A stretch of 64,000 nt of DNA, taken from positions 4,896,001-4,960,000 of the forward strand of contig CM000154.2 of NCBI GenBank assembly GCA_000004695.1, written 5' to 3'. Positions within the stretch are counted from its first letter, which is position 1, and every line of letters begins with the position of its first letter. Below the pieces are notes generated by a model. That model saw nothing but the letters and a program-made list of their open reading frames with translations. It did not search any database and was not told the DNA's origin. Below are positions 1 to 13,002 of the stretch, piece after piece. Position numbers and translations under genes: made by a program. The DNA comes from Dictyostelium discoideum. Taxonomy: Eukaryota.

Positions 1-36
1 TTTTTTTTAAATTTTTTTTTTTTTTTTATTATATAT

Positions 37-3000
37 TTATAAATGTTTATTTTGAGTTGAAATTGTTTGAGCTATCCAATTTGGCCATTGATCTTGATCT
101 AAAATATGTTCAACTACAGATTGTTCATATAATTCATAAGCATCAACATTACAAATATTACCCATCATTGCATTTTGAAGTTTTGCAGCAACAACTAAAC
201 TAACGAAATATTTCTTTTTCAAAATCTCCATAGAGGCTGTAACATCTTCCATCTTTTTAACGATTTCATCACCGACTTGATGTTTCATAAAAGCTATATT
301 TTGTTGATTTCTTTGTTGAAGATCTTTTTTAATTCTTTGAATGGTATCACTGTAAACCTTTTCTTGAGTTCTCATTTCAGTCTCCAAACGTTGAATTTGT
401 GAATTCAAAAAGGCGTTATGAGATTGATGAGCGATTGAACTTTCTCTAAGGGTTTCCATTTGTTCTTCAGCAGAGATTTGTTTGGATCTTCTATTGAACT
501 TACCACTGATGCTACCACTATCTGTATGATGCTGAGAGAACTCTCTAGAGAAGGCCATACCATTGGCATACTCTGCTCTAACCTCTTTGACATTATTTTC
601 CAAGAGACTTAATTTGGAATCTTTAATCTTGATCTCTTCTTCCCAAAGTTTTAATTTATCAGAGAGGATAGTATTTTCACATTCACGATCTATCAATTGA
701 TTCTCTGATTGAATGAGACGATCTTTCATTAGGGATAATTGTTTTTCAACGGTTGGTAATTGTTCATTGGATTTCTTTGAGTCTTCCAATTGTTTCTTTA
801 AAACTGTGACTTGAGCACTTTGATCGGTGATAGTTTGACTTGCTCTTGTTAAGCCTTGTTCCATATCATGTAATAGCAATAACAAAGTCTTTTGATCGGA
901 AGCAGAGGTTTCTTTTTGTTGTAGATGAGTTTGTTCCAATGAACGCATTTGTTGTCTAAGATTAGTAGTTAAAGAATTCAATTGAGTGGTTTGATCCTTT
1001 AATCTATCGGATTCATCTTTGTAAGCACTATTGATCGAAGTGATTTGTTCATCTTTACTATCACTAGCTTTTGTGGTTGAATCCAACTGTGATGAAATAT
1101 TTTGAATGGTTGCAGTCGATTGTTGTACTGTTTTCGAGAGGATATCAATTTGACCTTGTTTCATAGTTTGATCGGATTGAAGATTCTTTAAATTCAATGA
1201 AGTGATACCACTTGATTCCTCTTGTTGTGTTAACAATGCCTTTAATTGAGTGATCTCCAAATCTCTCTCACTCAATAAAGATTCAGCTGATTGAATACTT
1301 GAACGACATTCTTTTAATCTATTGGCTAAAAGTTGACTAGTTTCTCTTAGTTGAGTGGTTTCATCACGTAATGATTCGATCTCCATCTCTGCGACATTCT
1401 TGTATGATTTCGATTGTTCATTGATTAGCTCGATGATTTGATTTGTATTGTTCAAAGTTGAAGAGAGTGAACCAATGGTTAATTCTTTCTCTTGGGTGAC
1501 ATTTTCCAATTTATTAACTTGACCAGAGAGTTGGTTAATTTTTTGAGATTGTTGGCTCTTGTATTGCTCCAACTCTTCATCACGATTTTGAATTTCATCA
1601 CGAAGTCCATCAAATTGTTGAGTGTTGATTTCTTTCTCCAATTGAAGTTGAGAGATGGTGTTGGTAAGTTCTTCGATTTCCTTTTGTTTTGCCAATACAA
1701 TTTGTTGACCAGTTTGCAATTGTGATTTAATTTGGTCCAATTGTGAAGAGGATTTCTCGATTTGTTGTTTTGCAGTTCTCAACTCCTCATCCTTTAACTC
1801 GGTTACCTTTCTCAATGGATCTAAAGTTTGCACCCATTTATCTCTATCCTCAACTGAATTTGCTTGTAATAACCAAACTCTACGTAATTGAATGATTGCA
1901 AAACCAAATGGTACTTCATCTTGAGTGATTGCAACTGAACTATTGGTTAAATCGATTTTCTTTAATTTATGAGTATCTTTTTGATTATGTGAATAATAAA
2001 GGTATGGTTTCTTAAAAACAAACCATCTTGGTTTCCATTCCTCTTTAAATGCTGATTTCTTTTTCAAATAACCACTTGTTTCATCCTCCTTTAATAATGC
2101 ACTTGATGGTACTTCTTTAACTTTAACTTCAACAATTGTTGATGATCTTTTACGACCACCACCACCACCACCACCACTACTACTACTAGTGGTATTTGAT
2201 GATCTACCACTTTTTGGTGATGATTCACCATTTACTAAAGTTGGTGAAGTTGAAGATGGTGAGGAAAAGTTTTGTTGTTGTTGTTGATGTGTTGAATTCA
2301 TTAATAGCATTTTCTTTACAATCTCTTCAACGTCGATAGTTGAAGAATTTGAAGATTCAGCAACACCATTTGCAGCATTAACATCATCAGTGTTGGTTGA
2401 ATCGATAGTTTTCTCTTTTAAATTTGTTAATTTCTCACGTAGATCCAATTCTTGTCTTAACTTTTCCATTTTCATTGCATAACCAAGTTTTAAAATATTC
2501 TCTTGATGAGCATCAATCATTTCACCAATACGATTTTGATGTTCTTGTTGTCTAGATTTGGTTAAATTAATACTAAATACAGAACCTGCATGAATTGATG
2601 GTTCCGATAAAATTGATTCACCTTTGAAATGAGTTTTAAATTTATCTAAAAGATTACTCATCGATGATGATGATGTACCATCTGGCATGGTTGCACTTGG
2701 CATCGATTCAGATGATAATATTTTAATTGCAATATCTTTAGAGATTGAAACCACATCTGGGAAACCTTGAATTAAAAGATCAAATGTTAATTTAAATAGA
2801 ATTTTATCACCTTTTCTTGTTTTTTGATTGAAAATAAATGATGGATCATTAGTTTTCCATAATAATAAAACTGAATCATCAGTACATGATAATACAGGAA
2901 TTTCAAATATATTACCACCACTATTATTACTATTTGTAGTTTGATTATTTACTAATAATGATAATGATGAATTTGATGCAGAATTTGTAATTGAATTTGT

Positions 3001-6000
3001 AGTACTTGATGTTTCAGATGATTGTTGTGATTGTTGTTGTTGTTGTTGTTGTGATTGTTGTGATTGTTGTTGTTGTTGTTGATTATTTAATAATACATTT
3101 AATGAGGATGATGATGATGATGATGAAGTTTGTACATTTGCGGCTAATGATAAATCTTTTAATAAATTTGAATTTGGTGTTGGTGGTGCATTTGATATTA
3201 CATTTGGATTATTTGATTGTGGATTATATGGTGTACCTTGTTGTTGTGGTAATGGTGGTTGTGATGATGATGATTGTTGGTTGTTAGTTTGATTTGAATA
3301 TGGTGTCATTGGAGTACCTGGTGTATTTTGAATACCTGCTATTCTAGAATTATTTGGTGTATTTGGTGTATTTGGTGTAGCTGATGAAGATAATAATGGG
3401 TTATCTCTTTTACCAAATATTTTAATATCAGATATTCTTGCAGATTTACATTCTTTAATGATTGAATTTGATTCATTCTTTATAACTTTAAATAGAATTT
3501 GACGATTTGTTTTATCTTTTTTTAAACGGAATGTAACCGAAGGTAAATGAGTATTATAAACATCTGGATCCTCTAAAATATGAACTGGTTTATATTGATC
3601 ATCAGTACCTGTATTCTTTTCAGATTCTAAAATATTTAAAGTTGCTAAAAATTCGAAATTCTCTAACATTGGTTGATTCTTTGATGATGATGATGTTGTG
3701 GAGGCAGATGATGATGATGATGTTAATTTTGGTTGTTGTTTACTCTTTTTATGACCTCTAATTTCAAATGAAACATATTGAGTTTGTAATAGATTAATTA
3801 ATGATTCGGTTAATGAAGTGATAACAATTCTCTTTTGATCGATAAAAGCAGAGATTGGTTGTGGTTCTGTTAAAAATGTATCTACTATTGTACCATTTTG
3901 ATTTGGGAAATTGAATTTAATGAAAACATCACTAAATTTATTTTCATCTATAAACTCTGAGAAACCTTCAAAACCAATGGTAATTTCTAAATTCTTGCCA
4001 AGTAATAATGATTTATTATTTGATGGATTCTCTAAATATAAACCACGTTCAGACTCTGTAATATCGGTAGATGATGATGAAACCAATAGATTTAAATAAC
4101 CTTTTTGATTACCATTCTCATCTAAAATGGGTACTGGTCTATTACTTTCTACCAAATATAATGTATTCTTTAGATAAACATGTGACACACCAATTAATGA
4201 ATCCTTTGTAAATGTGAATTGGAAAGGATCCTCTGGAAGCTCAGTATCCAATCTACCATCATTTTGATAAAGTTCCCTCATTAAATAAATTCTATCTACG
4301 AAATCTTGATCGGTGACTAATGTGCTCTCACCAGTCGACGAATCGGTTGCTTTAATAAGGATTTGAGTTTTTCTCCAATCGATTTCCGGCTCGATATTAT
4401 CAGAGATTTGATCAGGCTCTGGGAATACTGAATATAACTTTAAGGATAAATTGATCTTTTTATTCAAAGTGGAGGAGATGGCATTCGCTTCGTTCAATGA
4501 TAAAATGATGAAAGAGATCTTATTCAAAAGTTTAGATCTATGAACTTTTGATCTCCAACGTCTAAATGCGAGCAATGCCAATTTCTCACGTTGTTCCTTT
4601 ACTTCTGGGTCGCAATCATTCTCGAGTTGTAATCTAATTTGGTCATATAATGCTCTCATTTGTTTCTTATATTCTTGTTTATCATTGATATGTTTTGACA
4701 TTGCCAATGTACCTTGAATTGAAGCCAATTCATTCAAAGCGAAATCATAATCCATAATTTGATCGACTGGACTCTTTGTACTACTAACTATACCACCAGT
4801 AGTTTGATTTCTTTCTCTTGCAATTTTAATTGCTTCCTCTGGATTATTAAATCTAAAAATATGATTATTACCTAAAATTACTCTATTACCTGTTGTTAAA
4901 ATGGTTGGTTTATTAATTTCAACACCATTTACATAGATATATGATCTATCTAATTTCTTTTCACCATCATCATCATCATTATTATTTTCTTTTTCTTTTT
5001 CTGATTTTGGTTTTGATGGTGACTTTGATGATGTTGGTGTTGTTGATGATGAATTTTCTTTATTATTATTATTATTCATAAAATTATTTGATGGAGAAAT
5101 TATAACTTTTCCATTAATATTTTCAAAAATACAATGTTCTTTATGAATATTTAAACCATTTAAAATGATATCTTGAGGAATTTCAGAATCTGAACGACCA
5201 ATTCTAGTTTTACCTTCTTTAACATAATAGATTAAAGATTCAGACATTAGAGGATCCTCATTTAAATTAATAAGATGAGGAATTGAAGAGACCACTTTAA
5301 TTGCAACACCCATATCTTTTAGTGCAGCCATTCTATCCTCACGAATTGCTTCAGCCTCTGATAATTTCTCTTCCCATGATTTATTTAATTCAGCCATGAG
5401 TTTTTCATATTGTTCTATCTTTTCATTCAATGTAGAAACGGTTTCATCGTAATCGGAATTCATAAGTTTTGAATCGTTTGCATGATATTGACCACCTTGG
5501 TCCATCATTGCTCTTAATCTCTCCACTTCACCTTGCAACTCTCTAATAAGCTTGGACTGAGCATCTTCATTGACCACAGCGACAGTTTTGATCTTTTTAG
5601 CGGAATCTGCATAACGTAGTGTCGAGAGTGACTCTTCATAGTTTATATCTGCTGGCGATATTGCAGCAATCATAATTGTTTTAGAATTACCACCCAACGT
5701 TTCCTTGAGGAGATAAGTTAACACTGAATCACGATAAGGTACGAATACAGCCTTCTTTGATGTTGAATTCTCTGCCAATGCAGAGATAACCTTACCCAAT
5801 GTGGAGAGGGATTTATTGATATTTGCACCCTCCTTCAAACGTACACCAGTTGCACCAGTGCTATTGGCCCTCTCTGAACCTGCCAAATCCACCAAACTAA
5901 TCTTACTAACTCTATCAATTGCCGTACCTCTTGTCTTATCGATTTTACTCTGTGTGAATACAATTGTAAACACTGCATGACTACGACTTGATGTTGCATT

Positions 6001-6125
6001 CATATTTGTTGATGCTACAGTTCTTGCTTTACTACCTTCATCCATAAGCATATCAATTTCTGAAAAACTTTTAACTGCTAATCTAAAAAAAACAATTTAT
6101 TTAATATTCATCATCATCATCATCA

Positions 6126-6159
<34 letters not shown>

Positions 6160-6451
6160 AGTCATCATCATCATTATCATAGAGAAAAACTAAACTTACT
6201 TTGATAAATCTTCAACATATGGACCAGTTGAAGGATTATTTCTAACTTTTAAACCACCTGTTTTATTATTATTTGGATTTAATAAATCTTTAACTTTTTC
6301 ATTATAAATTTCCATATAACTAACTGTTGTTTTATAAATTGTTTGTTCATTTGAATTTGATGGTGTTGATTGAATTCTTTGAAATAATTCTTCACAAATT
6401 AATGGAATAATACCTTTTTCTTCACCATAACCCATCATAGAATAACTATAT

Positions 6452-6523
<72 letters not shown>

Positions 6524-6924
6524 TAAAAAAAATAAAAAAAATGATTAGATTTTAATTTTTTTATTATTATTTTTTTTTTTTTTTTTTTTTTAACAAACCT
6601 TTTACCAGAACCAGTTTGACCATATGCAAAGATTGAACAATTGAAACCATCCCATGCATTTTTTAAAACTTCTTTACCTAAATCATTATATACTGTTGAT
6701 TGCGATGCAAAATGTGGATCATTTGAATCATATGACCAATAACTATAATCGAATGAAAATGATTTCTCATCATCTGCTGTTGGTGCAGCCAAAGGATTGG
6801 CACGAAGTGCAGATGGTCTGGTCAAAATTGTAGATTTATTATTCATTTGAACAATTAATTCTGCATTTCTTTCCTTTTCACGTGAATTAAAGGGACGTAC
6901 CCTAACTGCTACTTGTACATTCAT
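37..6924 (-). CDS. kif1: Kinesin-3 family motor, Unc104/KIF1A orthologue, 2205 aa. It has an N-terminal motor domain, an FHA domain, long coiled coils and a C-terminal PH domain. Exons: complement(6599..6924, 6200..6445, 37..6082).
   Basis: Exon 1 begins [13 protein letters not shown] and contains the P-loop GQTGSGK, followed by a GTAAAAGgtttgt donor. Exon 2 ([12 protein letters not shown]...YVEDLSK) and exon 3 ([22 protein letters not shown]...[12 protein letters not shown]) join in frame. Total CDS is 6618 nt = 2205 codons plus stop, which matches the known DdUnc104 length. FHA region: [14 protein letters not shown]...[13 protein letters not shown] region: [22 protein letters not shown]. 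Stop at 37..39. Confidence 0.9.
6451..6535. repeat. (ATTT)n microsatellite within kif1 intron 1.
   Basis: tatttatttatttattt repeated about 20 times. Confidence 0.9.
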
Positions 6925-7912
6925 CTCTCTCTTCTCTCTCTATATATATATTATTTCTTTTTTTATTCTTTTTTATTTCCTTTTTACCTTGCTCTTCTTT
7001 TTTTTTTTTATTTTCTTTTCTTCTTGTTTTACTTTATATTATATTCTTTTTTTTTTATTTTTTTATTTTATATATATATATGTGTTTGATATATTAATAA
7101 ATAATTTATTTTCCTCTTTTAAATTTATTATTTATTTATTTATTTTTTTAAAATAAAAAAAATAAAAAATAAAAAAAGATTGATGAATAATAAATAAATT
7201 ATTATCAAATGTTCGAACAATGAGGATTGAATAACTTAAAAAAAATATAAAAAAAAAATTTCAAAAAAAAATCTTTTTTTTTTTTTTTTTTTTTTTTTTT
7301 ATTTTTTTTTTTTTAATTTTTTATTTTTTTTTTTTACTTTTCTATAAAGTAATTCAAATAATGATACAGACACACGAAAAAAAAATAGAATAAAACAAAA
7401 TAAAAAAAAAAAAAAAAATTAAAAAAATGAATAAAAAAAAAAAAAAAATTAAACAAAAGGGGGAAACTATATATATATTATTTTAATAATAATTCTTTAC
7501 TTTTTATTTTTTTTATTTTTTTTTTTTGAGATATTTTTTATGTGATGTGTGTGGGACCAGGTCAAATTAAAAAAAAAAAAATAAAAATAAAAAAAATAAA
7601 AAAAAAAATAAAAAAAAAAAAAAAAAAAATAAAAATGGTAAGATAAAAAAAAAAAAAGATAAAATCTAAAAATGAATTTAAAATCTAAAAATAAATTTAA
7701 AACAATTCTTGATTTAAAAATATAATGAACCAAGTTTTATTTTTATTTTTTTTTTTATTTTTATTTTTTTTTGTGTCTATTTTTATTTATATAAATAACC
7801 ATATTTTTTAAAATTGTTTTTTAATATCTTTTTATTTATTTATTTTTTTTTTAAAAAATTTAAATGTACACCAAAATTATTATTTATTTTTTATTTTTTA
7901 ATTTTTTTTTTT

Positions 7913-9457
7913 TTAATTTTCATCAAGTGTTAATATATATTCTAATAAAGAGATAATACCATCAATTTGCATATCTCTAAGGAAAGATTTGAAACGATCA
8001 CCATCAGTTTGGAATAAAGTTGTCATTCTTTGAATGATTACAGACTTTTGAGATGAACCTAAACTTTCATCAGTGAGTAAACTAATGAATTCATCATAGA
8101 GTGCTGTATCATTTATAACATTTGATTGATTATTTTCATCACCACTACCACCATTAACATTACTTGTATCAACATTATTATTATTATCACCATTGTTAAT
8201 TGAATGATGATGTTCATGTGAAGAATCAATTAATTCTTGTTCATGTTGATGTTGTTCATCAAATAATTCATCATCAGGTGATTGAATTATTAAATTCTCT
8301 AAAATTTCATCATCATTTGAACCTTGAACGGGTGATAATGCAGAATCTTTAAAGATTTTCAAACGATTTTCAATGAGTAGTGTTATGAAATTACAATGGG
8401 ATTGAATGTTTGTCATGTGAACTTGAAATTGTGGATTTGAAGGATTGGTATTAACTGAACGTAAGATATTTGGTGCAAAACAAACACCCAATCCAATGGG
8501 ATTCATTTTATTGATTGAAGATTTCAAAGAAACCTGCTCCAAATATTCAATGAGGTAGGATAGAACACGAACATTCTCAGTTGGTAACTTCTCTTCAACA
8601 AATACTCTAGCTTCATCGATTGTAGCGGGCACAGCTGGACTTGTGAATAGTTCCAATGGGACGAGAGGGAATTTTGACTCTCTAAGATACAATTTCAATA
8701 GACCAGCTAAATCATGAGCTGATGAATTCCCATCAACTGGTATTGCCTCTTGAACATTATTTAACATTAACCAAAGTGAACGTACAGATTCAGCATTACC
8801 ATTCACTCTAAATAATCCTTCAGTCTCTATAGCATTGGTTTTCTTTAATGCTGTAATGATCTTAAATATATTTATAAATGATAATGTTGCCGATGAAAAT
8901 GGTGCTGACAATATATGTTTCTCATAAAGTGAATCCCTACTTGGTCGTGATTTAAAGAATCTCTTTAATTTACCTGATATAATTGTTGATTTTGTAGTTT
9001 TCTTTGGTGATGGATGATGTAATATTTTATTTGGTAATGGTAATACATTGTTATTATTATTAGTTGAAGAGGATGATGATGGTGGTGATGATGATTGCGT
9101 TATTGTATTACCTGTATTTGTAGATTGTAAACTTGCACCCATTGTTGCATTTCCACTACTATAATGATTTATATTTAAATTACTATTTGATGTTGATTTA
9201 GTTAATGATCCAATACTATTTAATGATGAAGAACCTGATGAAGATCCTGATGATGATGGTGTGGTTTGATTCGCTATACCTGCTATATTACTTGCTGATG
9301 TTGATTTTGCTAAATTATTTTGTGCTGTAGTATGTTGTAATGGTGGTGATCTAGGTGGTGATTGTAATGCTGGTGGTTTATTTACATGTAAATTTGATCC
9401 ACCAACATGTTGAAATGTATTTGGTGGACTAATTGAAAGTTTACTTGGATTTGACAT
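7913..9457 (-). CDS. RhoGAP domain protein, 514 aa, single exon, Ser/Asn-rich N-terminus.
   Basis: Continuous ORF with ATG in an A-rich context. The RhoGAP core is [18 protein letters not shown]...[15 protein letters not shown]...[10 protein letters not shown]. Confidence 0.7.
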
Positions 9458-9639
9458 TCTTTTTTTTTTTTTTTTTTTTTTTAATTTTTTATTATTATAA
9501 TTATTATTGTTATTATTACAACAAATTTATTTTTAAAATAAATAAATAAATAAATAAATAAATAAAAAATAAATAAATAAATAAAAAAATAAACAGATAA
9601 ATAAATAAAACAAGAATAAATTAATTAAAACAGTATAAG

Positions 9640-9681
<42 letters not shown>

Positions 9682-10010
9682 AATAGTTTTCAATTTTTTA
9701 TTTTTTATTTTTTATTTTTTTTAATTTTTTTAATTTTTTTATTTTTTTTTTAATTTGTTTCAAATAAACCCATCCGAAAGAGAGGTTATAGAGACTAATT
9801 TTTTTTTTTTTTAATTTTATTTTATTTTATTTTATTTTTTTTTTTTTTTATTTTTTTTAAAATAAAAAACCTTTTAAAGTTATAACTTTTAATAAAATCC
9901 TAAATTGGGAATACGCAATAAAAACTTTTTTTTTTTTTTTTTTTTTTTTTTATTATAATTATTTTTTTTTTTTTATTTCTAAAAATAAATACTCTTAAGA
10001 ATCCAAAATA

Positions 10011-10185
10011 TTATTTCCAAATTTTGTTGTTGTTTTTAATAGCCTTTGTTTCTTGAAGTGGTTCATGAACTTCTACAGTTCTTAATTCAATGCCCCATTC
10101 CAAAATTTCATCTTTACCCAACTCGATATCGGATTTAAGAGTATCCCCAACCAATTCCCTATCCAAAGAAGTAAAAACTTTTTTG

Positions 10186-10228
<43 letters not shown>

Positions 10229-11772
10229 GTGAAAGTATTAATAACCTGAAGCCAAAAAAAAAAGCCATAAAAAAGCCATAAAAAAAATTAAAGAAATTAC
10301 TTACGTCTTTCTCCTTCATATTTTATCATTTTTCTATTTTCGTTTAATAATTTAATTGAATATTCTAATTTCAATTGATTTCCTAAATCAATTGGTGAAA
10401 TATAAAAATGTAATGATGGACCATCTTCGTAATCTGCCATTTCATCTATTGAAAATAAAAATTTAAATGGACCAATTTCAAAAGGTTCTGAAGTATAATT
10501 AATATTTTGAACCTTTTTATTTTTCAAATTGAGTAAACCAGCTTTTGCAATTGGATAACATTTAAAACTTGGAATTCGCCATTTATTTTTATATTCAAAA
10601 ACAGGTTGTAATTGTAGTTGTAATGGTTGATGTTGATGTTGATTTTGTTTTTGTTTTTCATCTTCTTCTTCTTTTTGTTGTTTTTTAAGTTGAATTTGGA
10701 ATATTGAATTTTCATTTGATATTGAATTTAATTTTGATAATAATAAATTGTTTTTTAAGTTAATTTCGAATAGTTGAGAGTCGTATTGCTTGCTAATGAA
10801 TTCAATGTGGTTAATGGATTTTAAATGATGGGGAAGGTGAAGACGTTTAAAACGTTGATTGCAACCACCTGCTTTGAAAGTGCATGAAATGACTCTTTGT
10901 TTGCATTGAGTGTATTCATGTTGTGGCCAATGGGATCTCTCAAATTGGTCATCACAATGCAAACAATTGATTACTTTCTTGGGACATGATAATAGGTGTG
11001 ATTGATAGTATCTCTTTTGAATATCGTCTCTTTTGCAATCATTACATTTCATTAAATTGAATTTACAACCATTCAATTCATTATTAATATCATAATGAAT
11101 CTCTTCCAAATCATTCTTTCTTTTAATTTCAATACATCCTTCATTCTTACATTTTTGAAATCTAAATTGACAAATTTCCAAATGGGACTTTAGTTCACCA
11201 ACTGTTGTAGATATTGGACAACCTCTTTCAACATCTTTTATTCTTTCTTCAATTGTTTCATCATCATAATCATCATCATCATCACCATCACCATCACCAT
11301 CACCATCTTCTCCATTTTCATCTTCATCTTGATCCTCTTCATCATCTTCTTCATTTTCATCATTTAAATTATATTGATCCTCAATAGCTATAGTTTGTAG
11401 TGCCTTTGCCTCTTGAGGATACAACTTGTCAAAATCAATTATTTTTTCATCAATTTCCTCCTCCTCCTTCTCTTTATTGAAAATGTTTTTATTTTTTTTA
11501 TTTTTATTTTTATTATTATCTTTTTTATTATTGTTATTATTATTTTGAATAATATTATTTATTGGATTTAAATGATCACCATTGTATGAATTTGGACAAC
11601 ATGCTTGGAGTTGTGAAAATTCTTTTTCAATGAAAATATTTCTTGAAAGGTCTTCAATTGATTCTATAATATTGTCACATTCAAAGCATCTGCTTTCAAA
11701 TGTATTTAACCTTTCTTGCCAGCATGACTGGCATCTCCAATGACTTTATATAGAAAATGGGAATAAAATAAA

Positions 11773-11804
<32 letters not shown>

Positions 11805-11826
11805 GTATTAATATTTTTAGTTTGGG

Positions 11827-11861
<35 letters not shown>

Positions 11862-12009
11862 ATAATAATAAAAAATTTTACCCTAATTTACACTGATAAG
11901 TTGGTGAAAAGAATATAAATTCCATACATTTTTGGCATTTAAATTTGTTTAGTGACGGGTTATCACTATTTATTAATATTTGTCCAATTAAACATTTAAC
12001 ACTTATCAT
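10011..12009 (-). CDS. TRAF-type zinc-finger / MATH-domain protein with a RING-like N-terminus, about 578 aa. 4 exons, approximate: complement(11882..12009, ~10305..11743, 10011..10177).
   Basis: Exon 1 (MISVKCLIGQILINSDNPSLNKFKCQKCMEFIFFSPTYQCKL, then gtaaaat donor) joins in phase to HWRCQSCWQERLNTFESRCFECDNII. The large exon carries TRAF-type Zn fingers (CPKKVINCLHCDDQFERSHWPQHEYTQCKQRVISC) and the start of the MATH domain. A GTAAGT donor after ...YEGER joins a terminal exon (LFTSLDRELVGDTLKSDIELGKDEILEWGIELRTVEVHEP...IWK*) that completes a MATH-like C-terminus. The track lists that last exon as a separate ORF at 10011..10319. Confidence 0.55.
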
Positions 12010-12499
12010 ATTGAGTTTATTATTTATTATTTATAAATTTAATATGAATGTGTGAGGAATTTTTAAAAAATTATAATAATATTGAGAATAATGATTGGAA
12101 AAAAAAAAAAAAAAATAACTTTAAATAGCTTTTTTTTTCATCCAGATCTCTTTAATTTTTTTTTTTTCCATTTTTAATGAAAATTATTGAGGGGATTTTA
12201 AAATTTTTTTTTTAATAAAATTAAATTAAATAAAACAAATAAATTAAATAATAATAAAAATATTTGAATTTTATGTTAAAATAAAAAAAAAAAAAAAAAA
12301 AATAAATGTGGTTTCATAAAAACCATAAAAACAAAATTATTTATATTTTAATTATATGGGTTTAAAAGATAGATAATTTTTTTCAATTTGATTGTGTAAC
12401 ATAATTTGGTAGAGATTTTTTTTTAATCTTTCAAAAAAAAAAAAAAAAAAAAAATAAAATTTCATCTTCCAAAAAATAAAAATAAAAAAAAAAAAAAAA

Positions 12500-12544
<45 letters not shown>

Positions 12545-12745
12545 ATTTTCATTTTTAAAAATTTTGGGATATATCAACATCATCAATATCATCCTCAATA
12601 CCCCAAAAACCATTTCCAAAACCAAAACCACCCCAATTCAAAATTAAAACCAAAAACAACACCACCACCACCACCACCACCAACACCACCACCAACAACA
12701 ACAACAACAACAACAACACCACCACCATTACCAATTGATAAAAAA
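12010..12745. promoter_or_regulatory. Divergent (bidirectional) promoter region between the TRAF-like gene (-) and thoc2 (+). It contains long homopolymer A/T tracts and a (CAA)n/(CCA)n microsatellite at about 12655..12725.
   Basis: The two genes start head-to-head 736 bp apart. Function as a promoter is inferred from position only. Confidence 0.35.
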
Positions 12746-12967
12746 ATGGTAAATAAAAATAATTATAAAAACTTTGAAAAGCTTCCATTGAAAACCCACC
12801 CATTCCTTTCATTAATAAACTCGAGTAAACCAAATAATAATTTTATTGAAATCAATGGAAAGATTAAAAAACTTTTATATGATCCAGTTAATTCATATAT
12901 AAAGGGTTCCATAACTTTACCAATGTTATTTTCCTTATTAAAATATAATAATATTATAATTGGAAGG

Positions 12968-13002
<35 letters not shown>

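Noticed and set aside
3006-3287. 93-aa poly-Val/Met ORF on the + strand opposite kif1.
   Set aside because: It is an antisense reading of the poly-Q/N-encoding (CAA/CAT)n tract of kif1 and is low complexity only.
10011-10319. ORF listed as a 102-aa protein starting MKEKDVSNFF with a poly-F run.
   Set aside because: Only its 3' 55 codons are coding. They form the terminal MATH-domain exon of the TRAF-like gene, joined via GTAAGT...AG. The remainder is intron with a poly-T tract.
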